Shown here: piece after piece, positions 1 to 8,910 of the stretch | Numbering within the stretch: the stretch's first letter is position 1 | Layout of the letters: every line of letters starts with the position of its first letter | Source of the DNA: Candidatus Saganbacteria bacterium | GTDB lineage: Bacteria > Margulisbacteria > WOR-1 > O2-12-FULL-45-9 | NCBI GenBank assembly: GCA_016932255.1 | Contig: JAFGDE010000015.1 | Span: 29,694 to 93,693 of the forward strand | Direction of reading: 5' to 3' | DNA: 64,000 nt | The notes under the pieces: model-generated | Database searches by the model: none | Told to the model about the DNA's origin: nothing | What the model saw: the letters and a program-made list of their open reading frames with translations, nothing else | Translations under genes and position numbers: made by a program

Positions 1-907
1 AGAGCGTTTCAGCGATGATAATACCCAAATGGACGGCGGTCCTTGGAGTAAAGGGTTCGTTGACCATACGTGTTGCCAGGGTCTCGCCTTTGACATATTC
101 CATTTCAATATACGGCACCTGTTCCGGGATCAGATCAGGCTGGTCTTTGAGCGTTTCATATTCGCTCATTTTAGATAGCCGGAGCAGTTCCAGATAGTTC
201 TCGCGGGTCATGTAGTTCAAGGTAAAAAAGCGCACAACATTAGGATGATTGAGCTCCAGCATGCTGCGGGCCTCGCCGCCCTTAAAACGGGCCAGGTTCA
301 TCGGATTGCCTAAGAGGTCAGGCCTCGGTATCTTAAAGACCTTTTCCGCGTCCATGTCGATATTATGGATCAGCACAGCCACGGCCATGCCGCCCATGCC
401 CAGGACCTGTTTGAAAATATTATGGCCGTCAAAGGCCCGCTCATCCAGGCCGAGCATTTGTTCAATATTAATGTTTTCACCATAGGCGCCTTGCAGGCCC
501 TCGATCAATTTGCCCTTTTGCCGCTGCAGTTCAGAGATGCGGCTGATCAGTTCAGCCTTTTCGGTTGAGCCGGTTTCGACCTGGCGTTTAAGATGGATCA
601 GATCCCTTTCCAGTTCCTGGAGATTTTCTGAGGCATTACGCATAAGGGAAGCCTCGCGGAAACTGCGCGACACGCTGCGCGAGCCCAAGGTCCCTGTGGC
701 GGCGCCGGCAGCTAAATAGACCAGCAGTCCGGTTATGGTCTGAACGCCATCCCCCAGCATATAAAGCGCCGGAAAGATCGCCGCGGTCACTAGCGGCGCG
801 ATATATTTGAGCGCCTTGCCGAATTTTTGCCAGCCGGGCCTATTGAGCGCCCAGCGATCGATTCTGGCTATAATATTATGTCTGACCGGCGGTAAAGGTT
901 GAGGCAT
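1..907 (-). CDS. Ser/Thr protein kinase-domain protein, C-terminus cut by window edge; membrane segments and a coiled coil precede the kinase domain
   Basis: Absent from the ORF track (no stop in window). My reverse translation from ATG 907-905 stays open to position 2: MPQPLPPVRHNIIARIDRW..., hydrophobic YIAPLVTAAIFPALYML and ITGLLVYLAAGAATG, heptad-like NLQELERDLIHLKRQVE / ISELQRQKGKLIE. Kinase N-lobe motifs follow: LGMGGMAVAV, KVFKIP, LELNHPNVV, YIEMEYVKGETL. Confidence 0.7.
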   Translation of the reverse strand, partial: MPQPLPPVRHNIIARIDRWALNRPGWQKFGKALKYIAPLVTAAIFPALYMLGDGVQTITGLLVYLAAGAATGTLGSRSVSRSFREASLMRNASENLQELERDLIHLKRQVETGSTEKAELISRISELQRQKGKLIEGLQGAYGENINIEQMLGLDERAFDGHNIFKQVLGMGGMAVAVLIHNIDMDAEKVFKIPRPDLLGNPMNLARFKGGEARSMLELNHPNVVRFFTLNYMTRENYLELLRLSKMSEYETLKDQPDLIPEQVPYIEMEYVKGETLATRMVNEPFTPRTAVHLGIIIAETL

Positions 908-916
908 CTTTTTCTC

Positions 917-2368
917 CTAGTACAGTAACACCGGATAAGGTGTTGCCACATTGCTACTGTTCCAGCCCAGCGTCAGGGCTGTCACGATATTGGCTGCGCC
1001 CGGTTCAAGATTATAAAGCCCGGTAACACGTGCGCCGACCTCAAAGGAGCCTCCGCCAAAATCGAACGGCCGCCAGACAAAAGCGAGGTCTCCGCCCGGT
1101 CTGACATTTAAGCTTTCATTATAATAAAGCGAAGCCAGGATCTGGGCTGTATAGCTGATCCGGCCGATATCGCCGTCCGCCACTTGATAATCATGGCTGG
1201 AGCGCACACCGATCAGGCCGCCGCCACCAAGACCATCAGGGTTTCCGCCGAAAATACCGCCAACGAACGGCTCAACATAACCATCAAGCAGGGTATACCC
1301 CGCGGCCAGACTGCCAAAATGAAACTGCTGGCCGCTCTGGCCGTGGAAATCACGCTGCCAGAGATAGGCGCCCTGAATATTCAGGGCGTTCCAGAAAAAA
1401 TTGACATAGCCTGCGTCATAGCTGACGTCCGAGCTAAAATCAGAGAAAGATTCAACGCCCAGCATGGCCATATAAGCCAGCTGTAGGCCCATTGCTTCGG
1501 AGAAGTTATAGCGCAGGGCTAACTGGCCGCGCAGGGCCGGACCGGAGAGGATCTGGGCACTTTCATCCCCGTCCAGCTGAAAAGCGTGCAACGGCTCAAG
1601 CGATGCGCCGTAATCCAGTCGCCTGATCTCCGCCGGGGTCACCGGCGGCGTAACGATTGGGGGAGCGGCCGGCTCAGGGATAGCTGCAGCATAGATCTCG
1701 CAATAACTCTGGGTCAAACTTCTGATACGGCTGCTGATCAAATCCAAGAGTGAAGTAGAGATATCAGCCCAATCGATCTGATCCAATCCTATTTGATTAA
1801 TCAATGCTTGCGATAAGAATCCCGTTTGCGCCTCATCCGATATCGGCGTGTTCAATCTCTGAAGCATGACCTGGGCATTGTGCTTGAAAGACCTGTCCGC
1901 CACGTAGCTTGTCATGGCGGCATACGGATAATTCCCGCTGGTCAGTAGCTCGTTAAAATCCTCCAGAAAACCTTCGACCAGTTGTACTACTTCCCGTAAC
2001 TTGATTAGGTCGCCCGCGTTCGCGGTGGAATGCTCCGCTTCCAGCCTGTCAATGACCTCCTGAGCGATCCTCTCGATCGGCAGGACCCCGGCCACGACAC
2101 CGGTCGTTTCAACCAGCTCCTGGGTCACTTCGCTCCAGATCTGCCAGGTATGATCGCGCAAACTGCCGGCCTCGCCCGGCTGACCCAGGATACCCCGGAT
2201 CTCAGCATGTATTTCAACGTAAGCTTGCAGGCTGGTGATCAACCAGTTTATATCCTCCATGACCTGGATCTGTTCACCAGTTACCCGCGCTTCTTCCGGC
2301 AGGCTCTCGCCTTCAGGCAAAGGCCTGATCTCCACTCCTCTTTGGCTACAAATAGAATTGACATCCAT
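917..2368 (-). CDS. hypothetical protein; helical N-terminal half, Gly/aromatic-rich beta-strand-like C-terminal half ending ...PYPVLLY
   Basis: 483-aa ORF ending 9 nt before the kinase ATG on the same strand. The C-terminal ~230 aa have an alternating hydrophobic pattern, a GGIFGGNPDGLGGGGLIG loop and a terminal aromatic residue, as in outer-membrane barrels. The N-terminus MDVNSICSQRGVEIRPL has no signal peptide. Confidence 0.5.
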   Translation of the reverse strand: MDVNSICSQRGVEIRPLPEGESLPEEARVTGEQIQVMEDINWLITSLQAYVEIHAEIRGILGQPGEAGSLRDHTWQIWSEVTQELVETTGVVAGVLPIERIAQEVIDRLEAEHSTANAGDLIKLREVVQLVEGFLEDFNELLTSGNYPYAAMTSYVADRSFKHNAQVMLQRLNTPISDEAQTGFLSQALINQIGLDQIDWADISTSLLDLISSRIRSLTQSYCEIYAAAIPEPAAPPIVTPPVTPAEIRRLDYGASLEPLHAFQLDGDESAQILSGPALRGQLALRYNFSEAMGLQLAYMAMLGVESFSDFSSDVSYDAGYVNFFWNALNIQGAYLWQRDFHGQSGQQFHFGSLAAGYTLLDGYVEPFVGGIFGGNPDGLGGGGLIGVRSSHDYQVADGDIGRISYTAQILASLYYNESLNVRPGGDLAFVWRPFDFGGGSFEVGARVTGLYNLEPGAANIVTALTLGWNSSNVATPYPVLLY

Positions 2369-2385
2369 GGGTCAGCTGCCTCCTT

Positions 2386-3207
2386 TTACATCGGGATCAC
2401 TATATTGGGCGTATTACCAGGCTGCGGTGTCGGCTCAGGCTCTGGCGCCGGGGTCGGCCTTGGCCTGTGCCCGCTGCCTGAAGTATTTTGCGGTTGCGTT
2501 GCTGGCTGTTCGCCTGATTCATCAGCCCCATCATCAGCCTCGACTTCCCCCTGGCCTTCAACTTCTTCCGCCTGGTCACCACTGATATCAGGCGTTGCAG
2601 TCCCATCATCTCCCACATCAGCCGTGTCAGCAGCGCCTACGTCAGGGCCGCCGGCGTCAGAGCCGCTGTCAGGAGCGACCGGTGTGACCAGCGGGATCTC
2701 TATGGCCGGGCAGATCGTTGCAGGTGTTGGAAGAGGGATGAAGATCTCGGTATTAGACCGCCAAAAAAGCCCCAGGCGGTGATCAACCCCCCTGGGAGTG
2801 TCGCTGTCATAAGAAATTACGCCAAAAACGTCCTGCTCCAGATGGTTCTCGTTCGCCTCCCTGAGCGCCCGACCGGCCGCAGTTACCTGCTCATCGGTCG
2901 GCTCAGCTATCCCGCAGAACCAGCGCAGGACTTGATCGGCCGCCGCACCCCATGAGTCACGGCCATCACCGGTAACGTAAAAATGAACGCCTGAATTCTG
3001 GCTGCCGCTTCTCTCCTGGAAATGAGAATCACAGCCTGTGGTCGAAGAACTTTCGGAAAAGAGATCGGCGATTCCTTCGCCAAGCTCGCTTAACCAGTCA
3101 AACGCATCCTTAGCGGAGCCTGAGTCCTTGGGACTGCCATCCTTATCATTACTATACACGCCGCAAATAAGCGAGCCGATGGTTGAAGCGATCGAATTCA
3201 ATATCAT
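2386..3207 (-). CDS. hypothetical protein with acidic, Pro/Thr-rich C-terminal tail
   Basis: 273-aa ORF, 17 nt upstream of 917..2368 on the same strand. Tail: DVGDDGTATPDISGDQAEEVEGQGEVEADDGADESGEQ...PTPAPEPEPTPQP. No family recognised. Confidence 0.45.
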   Translation of the reverse strand: MILNSIASTIGSLICGVYSNDKDGSPKDSGSAKDAFDWLSELGEGIADLFSESSSTTGCDSHFQERSGSQNSGVHFYVTGDGRDSWGAAADQVLRWFCGIAEPTDEQVTAAGRALREANENHLEQDVFGVISYDSDTPRGVDHRLGLFWRSNTEIFIPLPTPATICPAIEIPLVTPVAPDSGSDAGGPDVGAADTADVGDDGTATPDISGDQAEEVEGQGEVEADDGADESGEQPATQPQNTSGSGHRPRPTPAPEPEPTPQPGNTPNIVIPM

Positions 3208-3437
3208 TGATAGCGCTCCTTTTTCACGCTTGTTTATCGGGTGGACTACGCGGAAATTTCACTTTTAGCAGGAAAAGACTCTTAAATGATCGCTCCCCAA
3301 CCTCGATACCCCTGGCCAGAAACAGGCTGGCCGGATCACCTATTAGATTAGGCTTAAGAACGAAGGACCTGGCAGCTAAATAGGCGGCCCGACTCGGCGG
3401 CTTGCGGCCGTCATATTAACAGGATATACTAAGGCAA

Positions 3438-5249
3438 ATGCGTGAACGACTGCGTCTTTTGGGTTCTTACTTCAAGCTCATTCTCCCCTACTGGGATAAG
3501 AGCCTGCTTTCCCTTCTTTGCGTCGGCCTGACCGTGCTGTTCAGCATGGCTAGTCCTCTTATCACTAAAGTCTTGATAGACATCGTCTATCCCAGCCATG
3601 ATATTTATCTTTTGACCTTTTTGGTCATTTTGGGCGTCGTGATCTTTATTTTCAGCACCTTTTTCGCCGATGTCTCAAGCTATCTGGACACCTATATCCA
3701 CCAGACCCTCTCGATCGACTTGCGCAAGAAGTTCTTCACCAAGGTACTGCGGCTCCCGCTCAAGTCCCAGCACGAGAAGCAGGTCGGCGACCTGATGGTC
3801 AGGGTGACCGATGACATCGACATGATCGTGGACAATGTGGCTGAGCTGTTGCCGGTCGTGGTCAAGACCTTGCTGCAGCTAGCCGCCTTACTGGCTATCT
3901 GCTGGATGATCGACTGGAATTTAACGTTGCTGGCCCTGGGCGGCATCCCTTTTTATTTTATTCAAACCAGGTTCTTTGCCAAGCGCTTTGAAGAGGTCCA
4001 GGAGCGTTCACAAAAAAGAGCCTCCGAAGTCTATACTTTCTATCAGGAGAAAATGAGCAATGTTAAGACGATCAAGTCGTTCAACCAGGAAATATACGAG
4101 ACCGATCGTTTGATCGACAAGCTCAAGAAAATGTTCACCCTGGCCAGAGAGAATCTGTTCCTGCAGTTCTTTAATTCTTTTTTTGATGCCACACTGATCA
4201 CTCTCTGGACCAGCTTTTTAGCTTGGTTCGCCGGCTATCGCGTGATCACTGGCCAGATCACTATCGGCGAGATCATGGCCATTCTGATCTATCTGGGTCA
4301 GATCCATCAGCCGTTCATGGACTTTGGCGAGGTCTATAAAGCCATTAACCGAAACTTTGTCTCGATCGACCGCGTTGAGGAGATCATGACCGATGAGCCG
4401 GAAGCTTTTTCCGACATTAAATCTTTTGTGCTTTTCCAGATCGACGGCCGGATTAAATTTGACCATGTCAGCTTCATGTACCATGACGCCACGGAATTCA
4501 TCCTCAAGGATATTTGCCTGGAAGCCGGTCCCGGCCATGTCACGGCCATCTGCGGGACCAGTGGCGCGGGCAAGAGCACGATCATGGACCTGCTGCTCCG
4601 CTTTGTTGAACCGACCGAAGGCAAGATATATATTGATGAACATGACCTTAAGCAGGTCTCTTTAATGACCTTGCGCGCTTACATCTCGATCATTTCCCAG
4701 GATGTGGTGCTTTTCTCCGGTACGATCAGGGAGAACTTACAGTACGGCCGCAAGCAGGTAGATGAGGAAAAGATGGTCCAGGCGGCCAGGAATGCTGAGA
4801 TACACGATTTTATCGCCAGCTTGCCGGCCGGCTACGACACCCTGATCGGTGAAGGCGGGCTTGATCTGTCCGGCGGACAGAAGCAGCGCCTGTCCATTGC
4901 TCGCGCCCTCTATCGTGAAGTGAAGATCCTGGTCATGGACGAAGCCACTTCTGCTCTTGATAGCATCACAGAAAGCAAGATCTACCAGAACCTAAAGTCC
5001 CATTTCCAGAACAGGACCGTATTGCTGATTACCCATCGCCCATCCTCCCTGAAGAATGCTGACATGATCTACGTTATTTCGGACAACCTGATATCTGAAC
5101 AGGGCATTTTCGATGACCTGATCGAGAAAAAAGGTGATTTCTACAGTTTCTATCAGGCCCAGATCCAGGAAAGCGAAGCTGAAATCAATGAGAAGCTGAA
5201 GCTTGCCCGCTACACCGGGATCAAGGACCTGGAGGAGGAAGAGGCATGA
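3438..5249 (+). CDS. ABC exporter, fused permease/ATPase half-transporter (MsbA/bacteriocin-exporter type, no C39 peptidase domain)
   Basis: N-terminal multi-TM domain. Walker A GTSGAGKST, signature LSGGQKQRLSIARAL, Walker B ILVMDEATSALD, H-loop LITHR. Confidence 0.9.
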   Translation: MRERLRLLGSYFKLILPYWDKSLLSLLCVGLTVLFSMASPLITKVLIDIVYPSHDIYLLTFLVILGVVIFIFSTFFADVSSYLDTYIHQTLSIDLRKKFFTKVLRLPLKSQHEKQVGDLMVRVTDDIDMIVDNVAELLPVVVKTLLQLAALLAICWMIDWNLTLLALGGIPFYFIQTRFFAKRFEEVQERSQKRASEVYTFYQEKMSNVKTIKSFNQEIYETDRLIDKLKKMFTLARENLFLQFFNSFFDATLITLWTSFLAWFAGYRVITGQITIGEIMAILIYLGQIHQPFMDFGEVYKAINRNFVSIDRVEEIMTDEPEAFSDIKSFVLFQIDGRIKFDHVSFMYHDATEFILKDICLEAGPGHVTAICGTSGAGKSTIMDLLLRFVEPTEGKIYIDEHDLKQVSLMTLRAYISIISQDVVLFSGTIRENLQYGRKQVDEEKMVQAARNAEIHDFIASLPAGYDTLIGEGGLDLSGGQKQRLSIARALYREVKILVMDEATSALDSITESKIYQNLKSHFQNRTVLLITHRPSSLKNADMIYVISDNLISEQGIFDDLIEKKGDFYSFYQAQIQESEAEINEKLKLARYTGIKDLEEEEA

Positions 5250-5467
5250 CCTCAAGGATCGGCACTTTGTTCAGCAGGTTATTGTCCGAGGACATCAATA
5301 AGCAGGCGCGCCGTGTTGAGTTGATTGCCCTCCTGGTTTTTGTTATCCTTGGTCTGTTCGTCTGGTGGCTCTGGCAGTTCCAGCTCAATGTCAGCCTGGT
5401 CAATGCCGAAGGCCAGCCGGTCACTCAACAGCTGAATATCTTTGAGTTGCTGATCATGAAGAGGTAG
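5246..5467 (+). CDS. small single-pass membrane protein, function unknown
   Basis: 73-aa ORF whose ATG overlaps the ABC stop (4-nt overlap). One hydrophobic helix, LIALLVFVILGLFVWWLWQF. No family recognised. Confidence 0.35.
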   Translation: MTSRIGTLFSRLLSEDINKQARRVELIALLVFVILGLFVWWLWQFQLNVSLVNAEGQPVTQQLNIFELLIMKR

Positions 5468-5470
5468 CTG

Positions 5471-5848
5471 ATGGCAAAACAGGTTAAAATACTGGTCGTG
5501 GATGATGATCTGGCTGTCCTGGAATCATTCAAGATGATCCTGGGCATAAAAGACTACTTTGTCAAGACCGCCAAGGACCTGGCCGAAGCTGTGGCTGCAG
5601 CCAAGGCGGATAAGTTCGATGTCGCCTTCATTGACTTGCGCTTTGAAGGCAAAGAGATCGGCCTGGATATCCTGGCGGAGATCAAAAAGATCGCTCCGGC
5701 AGTTGAATGCATCATCTGTACCGCATTTGCCTCTGACCAAAGCAAGGCAGGCGCGATCGAGCGCGGCGCCCTGGGCTACATCAGCAAGCCCTTTATGATG
5801 GAAACTATTTACGAGCAGATCGATAAGGCTCTGGGAAAGAAGAAGTAG
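5471..5848 (+). CDS. response regulator, receiver domain only (CheY-like)
   Basis: KILVVDDDLAVLE, FDVAFIDLRFEG, ICTAFAS, YISKPF; 125 aa with no output domain; starts 3 nt after the preceding ORF. Confidence 0.85.
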   Translation: MAKQVKILVVDDDLAVLESFKMILGIKDYFVKTAKDLAEAVAAAKADKFDVAFIDLRFEGKEIGLDILAEIKKIAPAVECIICTAFASDQSKAGAIERGALGYISKPFMMETIYEQIDKALGKKK

Positions 5849-5912
5849 CTATTTCTTCTGTTTTAACTTTATTTTTTCGACCTTAAGCGTTAAAACGCTC
5901 TTTCGCTTTGAC

Positions 5913-7493
5913 TCAGTGCTTTCTAGCCGTCCACAAGCCTACCGCTGTTGGTTCATTGTTCACTGAAGCAGTATCGCCTGCCGCATGAGAAGGTTCGAAA
6001 TATTCAAAATGGTCCAAGGAAAACCCGGCCTGAACACAATAAGATCGATAGGCTGCGACATTTTCCAAAGAATCCAATATCTTGAAGGGCGGCCAATGCT
6101 CCGGTGGTACCGGATGTTCGCTTGAGTGTTGAGTAAGCCATTGCAAGTAAGCCTGAAAACTAAAACCAGGCTCAGACATCATTTCTGACAGGATATACTC
6201 TCTTGCCTCTCTGCGAATTTCCCTGGCCAGCCCTTCTCCGATCACATCTTTGTTGAATCCCAGCAATGTCGTTGTCATATGAACAACATCAGAAGCATAT
6301 CTGCTGGCCGTTCGATCAGAGATCTCAGTGCTGACCCTGACCGTGGCCCCGCTTGCCTGAAGTTGGAGCATCTCTTCGGTCATCTGCTGGCCCTGCCTAA
6401 GCTTGAACGTCCGCCTATTACCTTGCGCACTTATCTCCACGGTCCTTTCCCAAGAATCCTTCGACCCGATCTTGACATAAGGCGAGTTCAGGAACGGAAT
6501 AAACGCATCCCAAGCGATCATCTCTCCCCCGGACCCTAAAAGCTTGTGGATCTGCTGGAAAGCCTTAGCCTTGTCCGGCGTATGAGATATCGCAGCACCG
6601 GAAACCACCAGGCTTACACGCCCCAGATACGGGATTAAAACATGATTCGTATCCATATAATAAAATTCTCCAGGCGCCTCAACAATATTCTCCGCCGGAA
6701 AGCCGAATTGTTCAGTTAACGCCTTTTTCAAAGCGGAAACTTTTTTTGCGTCCGTATCGAACAGGATCAGCCTTATTTTACGCAAGCTGTCCAACGTTAT
6801 TTCGCCAGTTCGAGAGCCGGCCATAATTTCCCTGATAATCGGAGCGATCGTTCCTCCAATGCCAACCCCCGCATCGAGAATAACAAAATCATCTAAAGCC
6901 CCGGCAGACTGCCATTGTCTCAACCTCTGCATTGCCTTTTGCCGGATTTTCTCGTTACCAACGGAATAGGCCTTAGTAAGTTGGTTGAGGTCGATATCAT
7001 AATTATCTGTCGTTGCTTGGTCGTTCCACTCGACCCTAAAATCATATTCCCCGATGATCTTCATCGCCTCAACAAAGATGTCCCTGATCTCTGCCATTCC
7101 ACGCCGCTGACTTCCTATCAAGCCGCGCCTTAAGCCTGCGTTCCCCGTTGTCTCGATTACCTTCTGATAGAGCGCGGGGATGTCAACAAAGAATTCCAGG
7201 CTAGGTGCATCTATCCTGGCCAGGGAACCACGACAATTTGCCGGATAATTCCCCGCTGAAAAACCCGGATCGAAACAATTATCCAGAAATTCAATATAGG
7301 GGTCCTTTACCGGCGATTGCGCCCTTTTGCTGGCGACGCCGAAGGAAGGATTGGCCAGTTCTTTGGCCAGATCCCGGATCAACCGGCCCCTGCTAAGCGC
7401 CCGGGTCCGGCCCTGTAAGCTTCCTATATTACTGATCCTTATTTGATTGTTCAATAGTCTTATCTTCATAAATTTGCGCAATAGATGCGCCAT
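5913..7493 (-). CDS. class I SAM-dependent methyltransferase domain protein (526 aa, long flanking extensions)
   Basis: Motif I-like FVILDAGVGIGGT followed by IRLILFDTD and a SGGEMIAWD region. The rest is unassigned. Confidence 0.6.
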   Translation of the reverse strand: MAHLLRKFMKIRLLNNQIRISNIGSLQGRTRALSRGRLIRDLAKELANPSFGVASKRAQSPVKDPYIEFLDNCFDPGFSAGNYPANCRGSLARIDAPSLEFFVDIPALYQKVIETTGNAGLRRGLIGSQRRGMAEIRDIFVEAMKIIGEYDFRVEWNDQATTDNYDIDLNQLTKAYSVGNEKIRQKAMQRLRQWQSAGALDDFVILDAGVGIGGTIAPIIREIMAGSRTGEITLDSLRKIRLILFDTDAKKVSALKKALTEQFGFPAENIVEAPGEFYYMDTNHVLIPYLGRVSLVVSGAAISHTPDKAKAFQQIHKLLGSGGEMIAWDAFIPFLNSPYVKIGSKDSWERTVEISAQGNRRTFKLRQGQQMTEEMLQLQASGATVRVSTEISDRTASRYASDVVHMTTTLLGFNKDVIGEGLAREIRREAREYILSEMMSEPGFSFQAYLQWLTQHSSEHPVPPEHWPPFKILDSLENVAAYRSYCVQAGFSLDHFEYFEPSHAAGDTASVNNEPTAVGLWTARKH

Positions 7494-7553
7494 ATATTAT
7501 CGTCATTTTTCCATCATTATTTCAGGTAAAAGCAAATCCTGCCATAACGGACA

Positions 7554-7562
7554 TGTTATAAT
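7554..7562 (+). promoter_or_regulatory. extended -10 promoter element (TGTTATAAT) upstream of the B12-type rSAM gene
   Basis: tgttataat at 7554-7562 matches TGnTATAAT, 16 nt before ATG 7579. No good -35. Confidence 0.4.
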
Positions 7563-7578
7563 CATTTTGTTGGTCATT

Positions 7579-8910
7579 ATGCCTGACATATCACTTATCA
7601 ATCTGTCTTATAGCTACTGGAACAATTTACCGCTCGGCACACTATCAGTCGCCTCAGCCCTATCAAAACAAGGGATACGCGCCGACCTGCATAATTGCAA
7701 CCTGAACGAAACGGATCTAACCAGTTTCCGCGCTCTAATAAAGAGCTCTGCCGACATAGTTGGCATAGGCTGCTCGATCAGCTCTCTTCCGGATATCATT
7801 TATTATATAAAAAATATCAAGGCAACACATAAAAATAAAATCTTTATTCTGGGCGGCCCAGGCCCCACGATCATGCATAAAGAGATCCTCTCTCATTTCC
7901 CCTTCATTAATATGATCGCATGCGGCGAAGCTGAAGAGATCATTGCCCCGGCCATCAAGATGATCAGATCAAATGATTGGAACTCTCTGCGAAATCTTCC
8001 AGGCATAAGTTTCTCCTTTGATAAGCAGATACACTTGAGCGAGAAACCGGCCTTTATCCGGGACCTTGACTCCCTGCCTCTGCTGGACTATTCGCTGCTC
8101 GATCTGGGCGCATATACGCCGATCTCATACGAAACAGCGCGCGGCTGTATCGGCAAGTGTTCCTATTGCACTCTGAAAGGCAATTTCAGGCAAAAGAGCA
8201 TTGAAAGGATCGGCCTTGAGCTTCGCCAACTCAAGAGATTTGGGGTAAATAAGTTGCGTATCGTTGATAATACTTTCAACGTTAATCGTGATTATATTAA
8301 AACATTTTGTGAATTGACCAAAGCCCTGGGATTACGCTGGTCATGTGAATGCCGGATCGACAACATGGATGAAAGATTGCTCGAACAAATGGGCCGCGGA
8401 GGATGCGAGGAGATCTTTTTCGGCGCTGAATCAGGCTCGGACAAGGTTCTAAGAGATATCCGAAAGGGTTACTTGTCAAAGGACATCGAGGAGATCGTTA
8501 CCTGCGCTCTCAAACATATCCCGAGCGTAACAGCCAGTTTCATGTGGGGCTTTCCTTTCGAAACATTCAATGATTTTCTTTGCACCCTGGAACTCGGCCA
8601 GAAGTTGAATGACAGGGGTGCTTTTAAACTGCTCAATATATTGACCCCGATCCCCGGCAGCTTTCTTTACAGAAAATATAAGAGCTTGCTGGAGTTCTAT
8701 CCGTACAAACTGACGCCCAGTTATATTTGGCCGAGGCTGTATTTTTGGGAGAAAAAAGAAAAGAACCAATTAATAAAACTGATCAAACAGTATCCCGACG
8801 TTTTTCCCTGTTATTATACCTATCGTTCGAAAGGGTTAAAAAAGAAGATCGATCACATCATCAAGGAACGGATCAGCTGCGGCTGGTCGCTTGGCGAAGA
8901 AGAGTTCTAA
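7579..8910 (+). CDS. B12-binding-domain radical SAM protein
   Basis: CIGKCSYC (CxxxCxxC) after a ~190-aa Rossmann-like N-domain (IVGIGCSISS, FILGGPGPT). I prefer ATG 7579 (MPDISLINLSY) over the track start 7447, which would overlap the divergent gene 5913..7493. Confidence 0.8.
   Translation: MPDISLINLSYSYWNNLPLGTLSVASALSKQGIRADLHNCNLNETDLTSFRALIKSSADIVGIGCSISSLPDIIYYIKNIKATHKNKIFILGGPGPTIMHKEILSHFPFINMIACGEAEEIIAPAIKMIRSNDWNSLRNLPGISFSFDKQIHLSEKPAFIRDLDSLPLLDYSLLDLGAYTPISYETARGCIGKCSYCTLKGNFRQKSIERIGLELRQLKRFGVNKLRIVDNTFNVNRDYIKTFCELTKALGLRWSCECRIDNMDERLLEQMGRGGCEEIFFGAESGSDKVLRDIRKGYLSKDIEEIVTCALKHIPSVTASFMWGFPFETFNDFLCTLELGQKLNDRGAFKLLNILTPIPGSFLYRKYKSLLEFYPYKLTPSYIWPRLYFWEKKEKNQLIKLIKQYPDVFPCYYTYRSKGLKKKIDHIIKERISCGWSLGEEEF

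Noticed and set aside
2030-2782. 250-aa plus-strand ORF, and 2235..2585, overlapping the minus-strand genes 917..2368 and 2386..3207
   Set aside because: Low-complexity Pro/Ser/Ala-rich translation antisense to better-supported ORFs. This is a typical shadow ORF in G+C-rich coding sequence.
5886-5899. Hairpin agcgttaaaacgct between the convergent response-regulator and methyltransferase genes as a bidirectional terminator
   Set aside because: The stem is only 5-6 bp with a minimal loop and no clear U-tract. This is not enough to call.
7447-7578. N-terminal 44-aa extension of the first B12-rSAM (track start 7447)
   Set aside because: It would overlap the divergent methyltransferase gene by 47 nt and reads as an A/T-rich promoter region (it contains TGTTATAAT). 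ATG 7579 begins the conserved domain.
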